A DNA stretch of 64,000 nucleotides. Origin: Hellea sp. Its GTDB lineage: Bacteria; Pseudomonadota; Alphaproteobacteria; Caulobacterales; Maricaulaceae. The stretch covers positions 13,110-77,109 of the forward strand of contig JAHDHS010000008.1 in NCBI GenBank assembly GCA_020631215.1, given 5' to 3'. The notes below the pieces were generated by a model, which had not been told where the DNA came from, ran no database searches, and was given only the letters and a program-made list of their open reading frames with translations. Below are positions 1 through 10,087 of this stretch, piece after piece (position 1 is the stretch's first letter; each line of letters starts with the position of its first letter). A program made the translations under genes and the position numbers.

Positions 1-310
1 TATTATGGGCGACCAGCTTCCCGCCTCTTTTATACAGGCAATTGGCCACGCCCAATTTCTCCGCATCATCGGTCACTTCATCCGCCGCCTCATAGGCGAT
101 CTCTTTTAAGGGCAGGGTGACATTCACGCCGGAAATAGAGGTCTGTTTCAATGACCGAAAGGCCCGCAGCGCCTCATCGGGACGAAGCGCAAAGGGGATA
201 TAGACGCCCTTTATACCCGTCTCTCGCAGCCAGTAATTATGTAGCAGCGGGCTGAGCGAATGATGGATCGGCCATCCACAGACCCCGGCTAATTTGCTGA
301 TCTGGCTCAT
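1..310 (-). CDS. aroE: Shikimate 5-dehydrogenase, N-terminal part (gene continues past the left edge)
   Basis: My translation from the minus-strand ATG at 310..308 gives MSQISKLAGVCGWPIHHSLSPLLHNYWLRETGIKGVYIPFALRP..., the GWPIxHSxSPxxHN AroE N-terminal signature. ATGA overlap with the maf stop. Absent from the ORF track because it is truncated by the edge. Confidence 0.85.
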   Translation of the reverse strand, partial: MSQISKLAGVCGWPIHHSLSPLLHNYWLRETGIKGVYIPFALRPDEALRAFRSLKQTSISGVNVTLPLKEIAYEAADEVTDDAEKLGVANCLYKRGGKLVAHN

Positions 311-903
311 GACAAGACCGCCCCGCGTGTGCGTAGATAATCCAAAATCGGCAGAAGTGAGAGGCCCAGAATTGAGAAGAAATTGCCTTCCACATTTGAA
401 AATAATTGCGCGCCCGGCCCTTCAAAACGGTAAGCCCCGACAGATTTCGTCAAAAGCTCCCCTTCCTGCTCTATATAGGCGTCCAGAAATTCTTCGGAAA
501 ATTCGCGCATGGTCAAAGTGGATTTCGCGATATGCCGCCAGACCGGCGCGCCATTTTCGCAAATCACACTCGCGCCAATCAGATAATGTGTCTTGCCCCG
601 CATCTCCCACAGGCGCGCCCGGGCGTCGTCAATGGATTTGGGTTTGTCATATAAAGTCCCGTCCATGACCAAAATCTGATCTGACCCGATCACAAGGCCG
701 GGTTCTGTTTTTGATACCCGCATGGCTTTCGCCTCAGCCAGCGCATCGGCGATATCGCGCAAGCGGGCCCCTTCGGCCAGCATGGCATCTTTAATGGCCG
801 CTTCATCCACAGGCTTGGCGATGACTTCAAACTCCAGCCCCGCCCCGGTCAAAATATCCCGCCGAATAGCAGAGCCGGACGCCAATATGATACGCGGGCT
901 CAT
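307..903 (-). CDS. maf: Maf-like nucleoside triphosphate pyrophosphatase
   Basis: 198 aa. N-terminus ILASGSAIRRDIL and overall Maf/YhdE-like sequence. maf-aroE order is typical of alphaproteobacterial origin regions. Confidence 0.9.
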   Translation of the reverse strand: MSPRIILASGSAIRRDILTGAGLEFEVIAKPVDEAAIKDAMLAEGARLRDIADALAEAKAMRVSKTEPGLVIGSDQILVMDGTLYDKPKSIDDARARLWEMRGKTHYLIGASVICENGAPVWRHIAKSTLTMREFSEEFLDAYIEQEGELLTKSVGAYRFEGPGAQLFSNVEGNFFSILGLSLLPILDYLRTRGAVLS

Positions 904-1757
904 GTCAGGCTCTCTGTATCCGCCGCCGGGCGATGGGTATTATAAAGATTGATAATCTGCGCCGAGGTTTCCTCAATGGACCGCCGCGTCACATCGACAA
1001 CCTTATAGCCTTTTTTCAGATAAAGCCGCTTCGCCGCCCGCATTTCATCGCGCACCCGGTCATGATCGATATAATCGGTTTGGCTGTCTTCATTCAGGCC
1101 CATAAGGCGCTGCTCACGGATTTGTACAATTCGGTCAGGCGAGGCGACCAACCCAATGATGAAAGGCTTTTTCATCGTTTCTAATATGGCCGGCAATGGC
1201 GCGCCCGGCACAAGCGGAATGTTCCCCGCCTTAAAGCCGCGATTGGCCAGATAGATACAAGTCGGTGTTTTGGAAGTCCGGCTGACGCCCAGCAATATAA
1301 TGTCCGCTTCGGCCAGGCCGGATACATTTTGCCCGTCATCATGGGCCATGGCAAAATCCAGCGCTTCGATCCGCTGATAATATTCCGCATCCAGATTACG
1401 CTGCGCGCCCACTTCAGAAATCATGGCAGAGCCAAGATACCGGCCCAGCATGGATAGGGCCGGATCCAGGATGGATACCGCCGGAATATTGCGCCGCACA
1501 CAAAATTCTTCCAGCCGCCGCCGCCGCTCTGAATTGACCAAAGTATAAAGTACCACACCAGGCTTGGCTTCAATTTGCGAGAGCGTGTCTTCAAGCTGCT
1601 GTTCCGATCTGACAAGCGTGTGAAGATGCTCCAGCGCAGTCGCATTACGAAACTGCGCGGTAGACGCCTTCATATTGGCCACGAGCGTTTCGCCCGTTGA
1701 GTCACTGACCAAATGGACATGAAAATAGATGGATATGTTTGGATTTCGGTCCGACAT
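900..1757 (-). CDS. Pyruvate, phosphate dikinase regulatory protein-like kinase/pyrophosphorylase (DUF299, RP001/CC0001 homolog)
   Basis: 285 aa. HLVSDSTGETL N-terminus and P-loop GVSRTSKTP, typical of the PpsR/PDRP (DUF299) family. 4-bp overlap with maf. Confidence 0.85.
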   Translation of the reverse strand: MSDRNPNISIYFHVHLVSDSTGETLVANMKASTAQFRNATALEHLHTLVRSEQQLEDTLSQIEAKPGVVLYTLVNSERRRRLEEFCVRRNIPAVSILDPALSMLGRYLGSAMISEVGAQRNLDAEYYQRIEALDFAMAHDDGQNVSGLAEADIILLGVSRTSKTPTCIYLANRGFKAGNIPLVPGAPLPAILETMKKPFIIGLVASPDRIVQIREQRLMGLNEDSQTDYIDHDRVRDEMRAAKRLYLKKGYKVVDVTRRSIEETSAQIINLYNTHRPAADTESLT

Positions 1758-2184
1758 CTTATCCCTGTTTATGCCGAGCCGGGCTTATCTGTCCACAATC
1801 TCTTTTTGGCCTGGCCTCTGTTTGTGAATTAGACGGAATATCGTTGAAGTTTCAACGAATTTATGCCCATGGGCGTAAAATTTCTTAACAAAAGGTTAAT
1901 TACAGGGATAAATTTTACCCACATTTTTACCAACAGAATTATCATACCTTTTCTCTTTGTATTCCCTGCAAAATTTCAGTTATACGCCCAAGACATCAGA
2001 TCATAACCACCTTATACAGAACGGTCTTTTCCATCATAAACAGCGCTTTCTTCACATCGCTGACATGATCGCGACTCTCACTCACAATTGCGACATCTCT
2101 ACAACTTCCACTTCTTTATATAATAGGTAAGAGGTAAGGCCCAAAGACGCATAAGTCTGGCAATAACTCTAAACTCGGCATTTT
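1758..2184. other. Putative chromosomal replication origin (Cori-type) between the DUF299 gene and hemE
   Basis: 427-bp ORF-free AT-rich divergent spacer in the position of the Caulobacter crescentus origin (hemE | Cori | RP001 homolog). TTAA-N7-TTAA CtrA-type box at 1885..1899. DnaA-box-like 9-mers: TTACCCACA 1915..1923 (8/9), CTGTCCACA 1789..1797 (7/9), TGTGAATTA 1823..1831 (reverse strand, 7/9), TTATACAGA 2012..2020 (7/9). TTATCCCTG occurs twice in opposite orientation (1759..1767, 1903..1911). Palindrome CGTTGAA-GT-TTCAACG at 1842..1857. Confidence 0.6.
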
Positions 2185-3222
2185 ATGGCAAATCCCATTT
2201 TACAGATTCTTAGCGGTGAAACACTGTCCACCCCGCCCATATGGTTTATGCGTCAGGCAGGCCGGCATTTGCCGGAATATCTAAAGGTGCGGGAAACGGC
2301 CAAGGATTTCATCGATTTCTGTTTCTCGCCGGATAAGGCCGCCGAGGTAACCTTACAGCCCATTGACCGTTATGATATGGATGCCGCCATTTTATTTGCG
2401 GATATATTATTGATTCCCATCGGGCTTGGCCGTGATGTCCGCTTTGAAAAAGGTGTTGGTCCTGTGCTCGATCCGATCACACCGATGGAGATTTCCAAAC
2501 TCACGCTCCAAGGCGCGGCGGACCGTATCTCACCGGTCTATGAAACGGTTTCCAAAGTCAGAGCCCGGCTGGATCAATCCAAAGCCCTAATCGGTTTTTG
2601 CGGCGGGCCTTGGACGGTCGCGACCTATATGATTGAGGGTAAGGGCAGCCCGACCAAAGAAACAGCCAAACGTTTTGCCTATGAAAACCCGGAGGCTATG
2701 GCCGATTTATTAGAGGCGTTGGTTAAATCCAGCGCGGATTATCTGATAGAGCAATCCAAGGCGGGGGCTGACGTTTTGAAGATATTTGAAAGCTGGGCTG
2801 AAGGTCTGTCACCGGATTTATTTGACCGGCTCGTTTTAAATCCCACGCGTGACATCATAGACCGAATTCGCGCGGCCGGGATTAATAAACCCATTATCGG
2901 TTTTCCGCGCGGGGCCGGGCTGAACGCTATTCGCTACGCCCATGACACGGGGATCACGGCGATAGCCGCCGGGACACAAATGCCGCTGTCTGATTTTCGC
3001 GCAACGCTGCCGGATCAAATGCCTGTGCAGGGCAATCTCGATCCGCTGGCTTTACGCATTGGCGGTAAGGTCTTGCGCCGCGCCGTGGATGAGGTTTTGC
3101 GCGAGGCCCAAGGCGGCCCGCATATTTTCAATCTGGGTCATGGCGTCACGCCGGATGTTAAGATAGAGAATGTCAAAGCCGTCGTGGCCCATATTCGCGG
3201 CGGGGAGCCGAATTACGTTTAG
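2185..3222 (+). CDS. hemE: Uroporphyrinogen decarboxylase
   Basis: 345 aa. PIWFMRQAGRHLPEY motif and full-length HemE-like sequence. Confidence 0.95.
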   Translation: MANPILQILSGETLSTPPIWFMRQAGRHLPEYLKVRETAKDFIDFCFSPDKAAEVTLQPIDRYDMDAAILFADILLIPIGLGRDVRFEKGVGPVLDPITPMEISKLTLQGAADRISPVYETVSKVRARLDQSKALIGFCGGPWTVATYMIEGKGSPTKETAKRFAYENPEAMADLLEALVKSSADYLIEQSKAGADVLKIFESWAEGLSPDLFDRLVLNPTRDIIDRIRAAGINKPIIGFPRGAGLNAIRYAHDTGITAIAAGTQMPLSDFRATLPDQMPVQGNLDPLALRIGGKVLRRAVDEVLREAQGGPHIFNLGHGVTPDVKIENVKAVVAHIRGGEPNYV

Positions 3223-3230
3223 GAGGGCAT

Positions 3231-3653
3231 ATGCTCTATCTCTGGGTGAAAGCCTTTCATCTGGCCGCGGTGATTTTCTGGATGGCAGCGATGCTTTATA
3301 TGCCCCGGTTGTTTGTTTATCACAGCAGCGCAGAGCCGGGCGGTGAGCTGGAAGCTAAAATGGTTGAGGCCGAAGCCAAGCTGAACAAAATCATTATGAC
3401 CCCGGCCATGCTTGCGGCCTTTATATTCGGTGTTATTTTGATAGGCTATAATTGGCCGATGCCGATTTGGCTGATGGGAAAGCTGACCCTCGTATTTGGC
3501 ATGATGGGGTTTCACGGTTATCTGTCGAAAACCCGCAAATTATTTGCCGCCGGAGAACGCCCGAAATCGGAAAAGTTTTTCCGCATGATCAATGAAATAC
3601 CCGCAATTGTGATTATCATCATCGTTATTTTGGCAATTGTGAGACCTTTCTAA
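3231..3653 (+). CDS. hemJ: Protoporphyrinogen IX oxidase HemJ (UPF0093 membrane protein)
   Basis: 140 aa, four hydrophobic helices, LWVKAFHLAAVIFWMAAMLYMPRLFVYH N-terminus characteristic of HemJ. Directly follows hemE. Confidence 0.8.
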   Translation: MLYLWVKAFHLAAVIFWMAAMLYMPRLFVYHSSAEPGGELEAKMVEAEAKLNKIIMTPAMLAAFIFGVILIGYNWPMPIWLMGKLTLVFGMMGFHGYLSKTRKLFAAGERPKSEKFFRMINEIPAIVIIIIVILAIVRPF

Positions 3654-3693
3654 GACTTGACGCGGTTTAAATTGCTGCCTAAATGAAGCCTAA

Positions 3694-3717
3694 GCAACAG
3701 GCCTGTTGCGGCGTTTT
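3694..3717 (+). terminator. Possible intrinsic terminator after hemJ
   Basis: GCAACAGG/CCTGTTGC self-complementary segment followed by GGCGTTTT. Confidence 0.4.
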
Positions 3718-3779
3718 AATCAAAAAAACCGTGAAACTATCCGGATAAACGCATCCATCCCCCAACCAAAGACAAGATT

Positions 3780-5078
3780 ATGACTACTATACTCGACCAA
3801 GATATTGAGGGGATGACCTCCATCAGCCTCGATGATTTGAAACTTTTAAAACCTGCTGAGCTGATTAAATTTGCCGAAAAGGTCGGCGTTGAAAATGCCG
3901 GTTCCATGCGCAAGCAGGATATCTTCTTCTCGATCCTGAAAGACTTGGCTGAAGGAGACGTCCAAATAAACGGTTCAGGCGTCTTGGAAGTGCTACAGGA
4001 CGGTTTTGGGTTCCTGCGCGCGCCCGAAGCGAATTATCTGCCGGGCCCGGATGATATTTACCTCAGCCCGAAAAAAATCCGCAGCCTGGGCCTGCGCACA
4101 GGCGATACGGTCTCGGGCGAAATCCGCAGCCCGCGCAATAATGAACGTTACTTTGCCATGAGCAAAGTGACCTCAATGAATTTCAGCTCGCCGGAAGAAG
4201 CAAAAAACAAAGCCCATTTCGACAATCTCACCCCGCTTTATCCGGATGAGCGTTTCGTGATGGAACTCCCTGATCCCACAAGCAAAGATATTTCGGGCCG
4301 CGTCATTGATATTGTCGCGCCCATCGGGAAAGGTCAACGCGCCTTGATCGTGGCCCCGCCGCGTACAGGTAAAACCGTACTGCTGCAAAATATCGCCCAC
4401 TCGATTGAGGCGAACCATCCTGAATGTTACGTCCTCGTGCTGTTGATCGATGAACGCCCCGAAGAAGTGACCGACATGCAGCGCAGCGTCAAAGGCGAGG
4501 TGGTTTCCTCAACCTTTGATGAACCCGCTGTCCGCCACGTGCAGGTCGCGGAAATGGTGATTCAGAAAGCCAAGCGCTTGACGGAAAACGGCAAGGATGT
4601 TGTGATCCTGCTCGACTCGATTACGCGTCTCGGCCGCGCCTATAACACAACTGTGCCGAGCTCCGGTAAAGTCCTGACGGGTGGTGTCGACGCCAATGCG
4701 CTGCAGCGCCCGAAACGCTTTTTCGGCGCGGCGCGGAATGTCGAAGAAGGCGGCAGCCTGACCATCATCGCGACCGCCCTGATCGAAACAGGCTCGCGTA
4801 TGGATGAAGTTATCTTCGAAGAATTTAAAGGCACCGGTAATAGCGAGATTGTTCTGGACCGGAAAGTCGCCGATAAACGTATCTTCCCCGCGATTGATGT
4901 GACCAAATCCGGCACGCGGAAAGAAGAGCTTTTGATTGAGCCAGCCGAGCTGACCAAGACCTATATCCTGCGCCGTATTCTTAATCCGATGGGCACGATG
5001 GACGCAATTGAATGGCTCTTGTCCAAATTAAAGGACACAAAGAATAATTCAGACTTCTTCGACAGTATGAATACCTAA
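3780..5078 (+). CDS. rho: Transcription termination factor Rho
   Basis: 432 aa. N-terminal Rho_N helix bundle ([20 protein letters not shown]), cold-shock-like RNA-binding domain (GFGFLR), Walker A PPRTGKT. Confidence 0.97.
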   Translation: MTTILDQDIEGMTSISLDDLKLLKPAELIKFAEKVGVENAGSMRKQDIFFSILKDLAEGDVQINGSGVLEVLQDGFGFLRAPEANYLPGPDDIYLSPKKIRSLGLRTGDTVSGEIRSPRNNERYFAMSKVTSMNFSSPEEAKNKAHFDNLTPLYPDERFVMELPDPTSKDISGRVIDIVAPIGKGQRALIVAPPRTGKTVLLQNIAHSIEANHPECYVLVLLIDERPEEVTDMQRSVKGEVVSSTFDEPAVRHVQVAEMVIQKAKRLTENGKDVVILLDSITRLGRAYNTTVPSSGKVLTGGVDANALQRPKRFFGAARNVEEGGSLTIIATALIETGSRMDEVIFEEFKGTGNSEIVLDRKVADKRIFPAIDVTKSGTRKEELLIEPAELTKTYILRRILNPMGTMDAIEWLLSKLKDTKNNSDFFDSMNT

Positions 5079-5560
5079 ATTGTCTCAGGCACATTTTCCA
5101 AAGGGGCGGTCTTCGGGCCGCCTTTTTTTGTTAGGTGATGAAAAAGAAATCCGCCGACTGCGCCGGATAAGACTTGCAGACTAATCCCCAGCGCGTCCCG
5201 CGCACCCGCGATGATATGAACATTGAAAAAGGCTTCACGCATCGCAAATAACATCACCAAAATCGCCACGCCGCCCGCGCCGGCAAATATAACAGGCCGC
5301 CCGAATTTGGTAAAATGATGCAGCAGCCCGGCAGTTAAAAAAGCAATCAACAAAGCGATTAAAATGAAAAGACCATATAAGGTGCCCAGATGGGTGAGAT
5401 CATAAAAATATGTGCTGATACGATCGGCGAAAGAAATATCACCGCCAATTTTTGACAGGCGCGAAAGCACATTTTGCGTTTGAAAAAACACGCCCAATAA
5501 AACTGTCATCAATGCGGCTGCAATCCAAGCGGCCACCCGCCGTCCAATTGACTTTAACAT
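5075..5560 (-). CDS. Hypothetical integral membrane protein
   Basis: 161 aa with about four hydrophobic helices. No recognisable motif. The 3' end overlaps the rho stop and terminator, so the true C-terminus is uncertain. Confidence 0.5.
   Translation of the reverse strand: MLKSIGRRVAAWIAAALMTVLLGVFFQTQNVLSRLSKIGGDISFADRISTYFYDLTHLGTLYGLFILIALLIAFLTAGLLHHFTKFGRPVIFAGAGGVAILVMLFAMREAFFNVHIIAGARDALGISLQVLSGAVGGFLFHHLTKKGGPKTAPLENVPETI
5104..5128 (+). terminator. Intrinsic terminator of rho
   Basis: GGCGGTC-TTCG-GGCCGCC hairpin (one G-U pair) followed by seven T. It lies inside the 3' end of the convergent ORF 5075..5560. Confidence 0.7.
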
Positions 5561-5627
5561 AATAACTCCAGCTTGCCTCCAATCAGGCTATGATTAAGAT
5601 GGCCTTGCGTCAATCACGGAGCTTGGC

Positions 5628-6785
5628 ATGAAATATATTTGGATGATGACGGCCGGTTTTATGCTGGCGGCCTGTCTTGAACCGCAACCCGCCCCCGAGC
5701 TTCCAGCGCGCCCCAGCACGGATTTTCAAATCGAGACCGTGATTGATAATCTGCCCCAGCCTTGGGCCGCCGAAGAATTGCCGGATGGCGGATTTTTGAT
5801 CACGGGCAAGATGGGTGATTTATGGCGCGTTAAAGACGGCGTGAAAACACCGATCTCGGGCCTGCCCGAAGACATTATCAATATTGAAGAGAACGGCCTG
5901 ACGGCGGGGCAGGGCGGTTTGCTCGATATTGCCCTCGCGCCGGATTTTGCTCAAACGGGCACGATTTTCCTCTCTTATTCTTACGGCGATATGCAGGCCA
6001 ATGGCACTGCGCTGCTGAAAGCTGACCTGGTGGGCGACACACTTGAAAACACTCAGGTGATTTTCAAAGCCGGGCCGCCCAAAGACGCGGCCTCTCATTA
6101 TGGCGGCAAGATACTGATCCTGCCGGATGATACTCTGCTCCTGACGTTGGGCGAAGGCTTTAACCGCCGCGAGGATTCGCAAAAGCCGGATACGCATTTG
6201 GGCAAGATCCTGCGCCTGACTTTCGATGGCAAAGCCGCGGGCGATAATCCGGATTTGGGCGAAACATTCCTGCCGGAAATCTACAGCCTCGGGCACCGAA
6301 ATGTGCAGGGCGCCGCGATTGATCCGGCCACAGGTGATATCTGGACACATGAGCACGGCCCGCGCGGCGGGGATGAGCTTAACCGTCTCACCCCCGGTGA
6401 AAATTATGGCTGGCCGCTGGTGACTTACGGTTTGGATTATAATGGCGCTAAGATCAGCCCCAATCAAACAGACCCGCGCTTTGTCGATCCTGTCCATGTC
6501 TGGACGCCCTCTATCGCCCCGTCCGGGCTCGCGATTTACAGCGGCACCTTATTTGCCGACTGGCAAGGCGATGCTTTGGTCGGCGGCCTCGCCAGCGGCG
6601 ATCTGCGCCGCGTTGATCTGGAAAACGGACAGGCTATGGGCGAAGAGATCATCTTGTTCGATATGAAAACCGAAACAGATAGTTTCCGCATCCGCGATGT
6701 CATGACAGGCTCAGACGGATCCGTCCTAATCCTGATCGAAGACAAAACCAATGGCCGCCTGCTGCGAATAAAACCTAAGAATTAA
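5628..6785 (+). CDS. PQQ-dependent soluble sugar (aldose/sorbosone) dehydrogenase, lipoprotein
   Basis: 385 aa. Lipobox-like MLAAC. YliI/Asd-like beta-propeller sequence (GLLDIALAPDF, GHRNVQG, GPRGGDELN, NYGWP). Confidence 0.85.
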   Translation: MKYIWMMTAGFMLAACLEPQPAPELPARPSTDFQIETVIDNLPQPWAAEELPDGGFLITGKMGDLWRVKDGVKTPISGLPEDIINIEENGLTAGQGGLLDIALAPDFAQTGTIFLSYSYGDMQANGTALLKADLVGDTLENTQVIFKAGPPKDAASHYGGKILILPDDTLLLTLGEGFNRREDSQKPDTHLGKILRLTFDGKAAGDNPDLGETFLPEIYSLGHRNVQGAAIDPATGDIWTHEHGPRGGDELNRLTPGENYGWPLVTYGLDYNGAKISPNQTDPRFVDPVHVWTPSIAPSGLAIYSGTLFADWQGDALVGGLASGDLRRVDLENGQAMGEEIILFDMKTETDSFRIRDVMTGSDGSVLILIEDKTNGRLLRIKPKN

Positions 6786-6868
6786 AAGCAAGATATCCGA
6801 TCCCACAGTGCCGCTTTTGACTTTGGGGTACGGTAAGGTAAGGCCTATATTCCCCGCGCCCATCATAG

Positions 6869-6890
6869 AAAAACCCCCGCAGGGCGGGGG
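6869..6890 (-). terminator. Intrinsic terminator of secB (possibly bidirectional)
   Basis: CCCCCGC-AGG-GCGGGGG hairpin. On the minus strand it is followed by five T (plus-strand A run 6869..6873). Confidence 0.65.
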
Positions 6891-6927
6891 CTTTGACTAA
6901 TGTGACGGCCATTAATTCATGGCCGGG

Positions 6928-7425
6928 TTAATTGGTTGGCTGGCCTTCTGCGCGGCGCATCATTTCCTCACGGAACATAGAGGCGAAATCCGGCGGCTCC
7001 AGCATGATGGGCGGATAGCCGCCATTTTGAGTCATTTCGGCCATGATCTGGCGCGCAAAAGGGAAGAGCAGGCGCGGGCATTCAATCAGAATGAGCGGCT
7101 GGATTTCCTCGACGCTGACGCCTTGGAAAGCGAACAATCCGGCATATTCCAGCTCCGCGATAAAGGCGACCTGATCGCCGCGGCGGGCATCGGCCTTGAG
7201 CATCAGGGTCACTTCGACATTGTCATCGCTCAACATCTGACGCCCGACTTCGATGCCGATATTGATCGCGGGCGCGTCAAGCCCGGCGCGAAGACTGTCC
7301 GGCGCGTTCGGGTTCTCAAAGCTGGAGTCCTTGGTATATTGCGCCAAAACGCGCAGCATCGGGCCTTGCGGGGCTTCGGACGCTGGCGCCTCCGCCTCTT
7401 TGGATTTTTTAGGTTTCTTGGCCAT
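6928..7425 (-). CDS. secB: Protein-export chaperone SecB
   Basis: 165 aa. LRVLAQYTKDSSFENPNAP core and acidic C-terminus typical of alphaproteobacterial SecB. Confidence 0.92.
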   Translation of the reverse strand: MAKKPKKSKEAEAPASEAPQGPMLRVLAQYTKDSSFENPNAPDSLRAGLDAPAINIGIEVGRQMLSDDNVEVTLMLKADARRGDQVAFIAELEYAGLFAFQGVSVEEIQPLILIECPRLLFPFARQIMAEMTQNGGYPPIMLEPPDFASMFREEMMRRAEGQPTN

Positions 7426-7579
7426 ATCCTCTTTCCATTATCTCGCTATATTTATGGGGCCCGGCCCCAAAACTGCCTGTCAGCTATCATAGCGCCATGC
7501 GCGCCGCAATTGCTTATTGCGGTCAGAGCGCCTATCTCTTAGAGCATCGCAATAGGCAAAGCCGGAAAAGAGTTGTTAC

Positions 7580-8296
7580 ATGTATGACGTCATAATTTAT
7601 GCAACGCTGGCCACCATCGTTTGCGTCATTTTTTATTCCGTTCTGGGTAAAAATGTCGGCATGGGCCCGGATAACCCTTTCGACCCCAAAGACGCAGTTG
7701 AGACCAAACCCAAAGCTGCTGCAAACGGGCTGGGCGTTATTGATGGGGGTCTGTCAAAGGACGAAACCGGCCTGGGCGCGATTGCCCGCTTTGATCCGGC
7801 CTTCTCACCCGCGCAGTTCATGAACGGAGCCAAAGCGGCCTATTCCATGGTGCTGGAGGCCTTTGCCAATGGCGACAGGGAGGTTTTGGGCGAGCTGCTA
7901 AATGACGAGGTCTATGCCGTATATGATGCGGCCATTAGAGAGCGTGAGGCGAAAAACCAAAAACAAGTCACAGATTTAGGGCGGCTGAGAAAAACATCTA
8001 TTTTAAATGCGTCTCTGAATGGCAGCGAGGCCCGGATTGAAGTGCTCTATGAGGCGGAATTGACGTCGGCGTTGTTTGATGAGGGCGGAAATTTATTACA
8101 GGGCAATCCGGATATATTGTCGGCTGTGTCAGAAGTTTGGGAATATGAGCGCAATATGAAATCCAAAGACCCGACATGGAAACTGGCATCGGTCGCGCCA
8201 AGCGAGGGCGATGATCTGGCGGCTGATCCGAGCCCGGATACGAAACCATCTGACACCAAACCATCTGGTACGAAACGATCTGATACAAAGAAATAA
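7580..8296 (+). CDS. Tim44-like domain membrane protein
   Basis: 238 aa. N-terminal TM helix and C-terminal Tim44-like fold region (FSPAQFMNGAKAAYSMVLEAFANGD...WKL). Conserved secB-tim44-mltA neighbourhood. The C-terminus is a DTKPS tandem repeat. Confidence 0.8.
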   Translation: MYDVIIYATLATIVCVIFYSVLGKNVGMGPDNPFDPKDAVETKPKAAANGLGVIDGGLSKDETGLGAIARFDPAFSPAQFMNGAKAAYSMVLEAFANGDREVLGELLNDEVYAVYDAAIREREAKNQKQVTDLGRLRKTSILNASLNGSEARIEVLYEAELTSALFDEGGNLLQGNPDILSAVSEVWEYERNMKSKDPTWKLASVAPSEGDDLAADPSPDTKPSDTKPSGTKRSDTKK

Positions 8297-8303
8297 ACCG
8301 CTC

Positions 8304-9596
8304 ATGCGCAATCTAGTCCTATTGACGGGCACCCTTTTAGGGCTCGCGGCCTGCACAACAGTTCCTGACAGACCTGCGCCAGATCGTCCGGCCTCTGACA
8401 GTCCCGCCTCTGGTGGTCCCACTTCGGATACGCAGTCAGAGCCCGTGGAAGAAGCTCCGGCAGAGATCGTGATTGCGCAGCCCAAAGACATACTACCCGC
8501 TCCGCCATCGATCCCCGCGCCGCCCCCGCCGACCAGCGAGCCGCCGCTCGTCACCATCTATGAAACGCCCAGCGGGTTTGAGCGTCTGGCGGGGTGGAAT
8601 CGCGCCGATTTACGGCCTGGCTTATCGGCGTTTGCGCGGGGCTGTGAAAGCTGGGCGCAAGCGGACCAGCTGGCTGCGTTGAGTGTTAATTTGCCGGAAT
8701 ATGGCCGTTATATTGATTGGAGCCCGGCTTGCGCCGAGGCCGCTGCATTGGCGGCCCGGCAGGTGCGGTCCTATGAGATCAGGGCCTTTATGGAGCGGTA
8801 TTTTACGCCTGTCGATTTATCAGCGCAGACAGGCGGGGAGGGTCTTTTGACCGGATATTATGAGCCGGAAATCAACGTCCGCCTGATGCCGGGCGCGGGA
8901 TATTCGGAACCTATTTTGGCCAAGCCTGATGACCCATTTGTTCAAAATCTGCCGCGCTCAAAACTGTCCGCCGCGTCCTCCCGCGTCATTGCATATGGGC
9001 GGCCGATTGATGTCTTTTTCATGCAGGTGCAAGGCTCGGGCCGGATCAAATTTTCAGATGGCCGCGTCATGCGCGCGGCTTATGGCGGCAATAATGGCAA
9101 GCTTTATAAATCGATTGGGCGGGTTTTGATTGATCGCGGCGAAATGACCAAAGAGCAAGCCTCCAAACAGGCGATTGAGGATTGGATGATGCGCAAGGGC
9201 CCCGCTGCGGCCCGGGAGCTGATGAACCAGAACCCGCGCTATATCTTTTTTGCCGAACAGGCCATCGCGCCGGGCGAAGGTCCTCGCGGCTCTATGCGTG
9301 TGCCTTTGACCGAGATGGGCTCTATTGCTGTTGATAACCGCTATCATCCTTATGGGACTCTCATGTGGCTGGAGACGACCCTGCCGCGCTTTGGCGGGGA
9401 TTATCGCGGGGAGGCCGGGCAGCTCTTGGTCACGGCGCAGGATAGCGGGAATGCCATTAAAGGCCCGCTGCGCGGAGATTTGTTTTTCGGGGCGGGCAAG
9501 GCTGCCGGTGACAAAGCCGGCGTGATGAAACATCCTGTGCGCTGGACGATCTTTTTGCCGAAATCCCTTGCCCCGGGAATGGCCGGCCCGTCATGA
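8304..9596 (+). CDS. mltA: Membrane-bound lytic murein transglycosylase A, lipoprotein
   Basis: Start moved to the ATG at 8304 (MRNLVLLTGTLLGLAAC lipobox). The track ORF from 8211 overlaps tim44. MltA and 3D-domain sequence (LLTGYYEPE, FFMQVQGSGR, RGDLFFG). Confidence 0.88.
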   Translation: MRNLVLLTGTLLGLAACTTVPDRPAPDRPASDSPASGGPTSDTQSEPVEEAPAEIVIAQPKDILPAPPSIPAPPPPTSEPPLVTIYETPSGFERLAGWNRADLRPGLSAFARGCESWAQADQLAALSVNLPEYGRYIDWSPACAEAAALAARQVRSYEIRAFMERYFTPVDLSAQTGGEGLLTGYYEPEINVRLMPGAGYSEPILAKPDDPFVQNLPRSKLSAASSRVIAYGRPIDVFFMQVQGSGRIKFSDGRVMRAAYGGNNGKLYKSIGRVLIDRGEMTKEQASKQAIEDWMMRKGPAAARELMNQNPRYIFFAEQAIAPGEGPRGSMRVPLTEMGSIAVDNRYHPYGTLMWLETTLPRFGGDYRGEAGQLLVTAQDSGNAIKGPLRGDLFFGAGKAAGDKAGVMKHPVRWTIFLPKSLAPGMAGPS

Positions 9597-10087
9597 GCGG
9601 CCGTAAGCTTGACAATGAAGAGCGTCAGGTTTGGAAAAAAGTGGCGCGCACGGTGAGCCCCCGCCGAAAAGAGAAAGGCAAGGGCAGCGCCAAACCGCTC
9701 CCCAGCCGGGAAGACTTTGCGAATATGCTGCGCCTCCCGCCCGAAACGAAAGAGGCCCCGCGTAACATATCCGGATCGTTGGATGAAAACCGGGATAAGA
9801 AAACCCGCCGGGGCTTGGTCAACATAGACGCAAAAATTGATTTACATGATCTGACCCAGGACAAAGCGAAGGCGGCTTTGCAAAAAGCGGTCATGCGGGC
9901 CTCAAACCGGAACCATAAATGCCTTCTGGTCGTGACGGGCAAAGGCGTGCGTTTGAACGGCGTTTTACGGCGGAATTTTACGGGCTGGCTTAACGACCCC
10001 GTCATCCGCCCCCTCATCGCAAACTACGCCCAAGCCCATATCAAACATGGCGGCACCGGCGCGTGGTATGTGTTTTTGAAAGGCTAA
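9593..10087 (+). CDS. Smr domain protein
   Basis: 164 aa. C-terminal Smr domain ([15 protein letters not shown]...CLLVVTGKG). ATGA overlap with mltA. Confidence 0.8.
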   Translation: MSGRKLDNEERQVWKKVARTVSPRRKEKGKGSAKPLPSREDFANMLRLPPETKEAPRNISGSLDENRDKKTRRGLVNIDAKIDLHDLTQDKAKAALQKAVMRASNRNHKCLLVVTGKGVRLNGVLRRNFTGWLNDPVIRPLIANYAQAHIKHGGTGAWYVFLKG

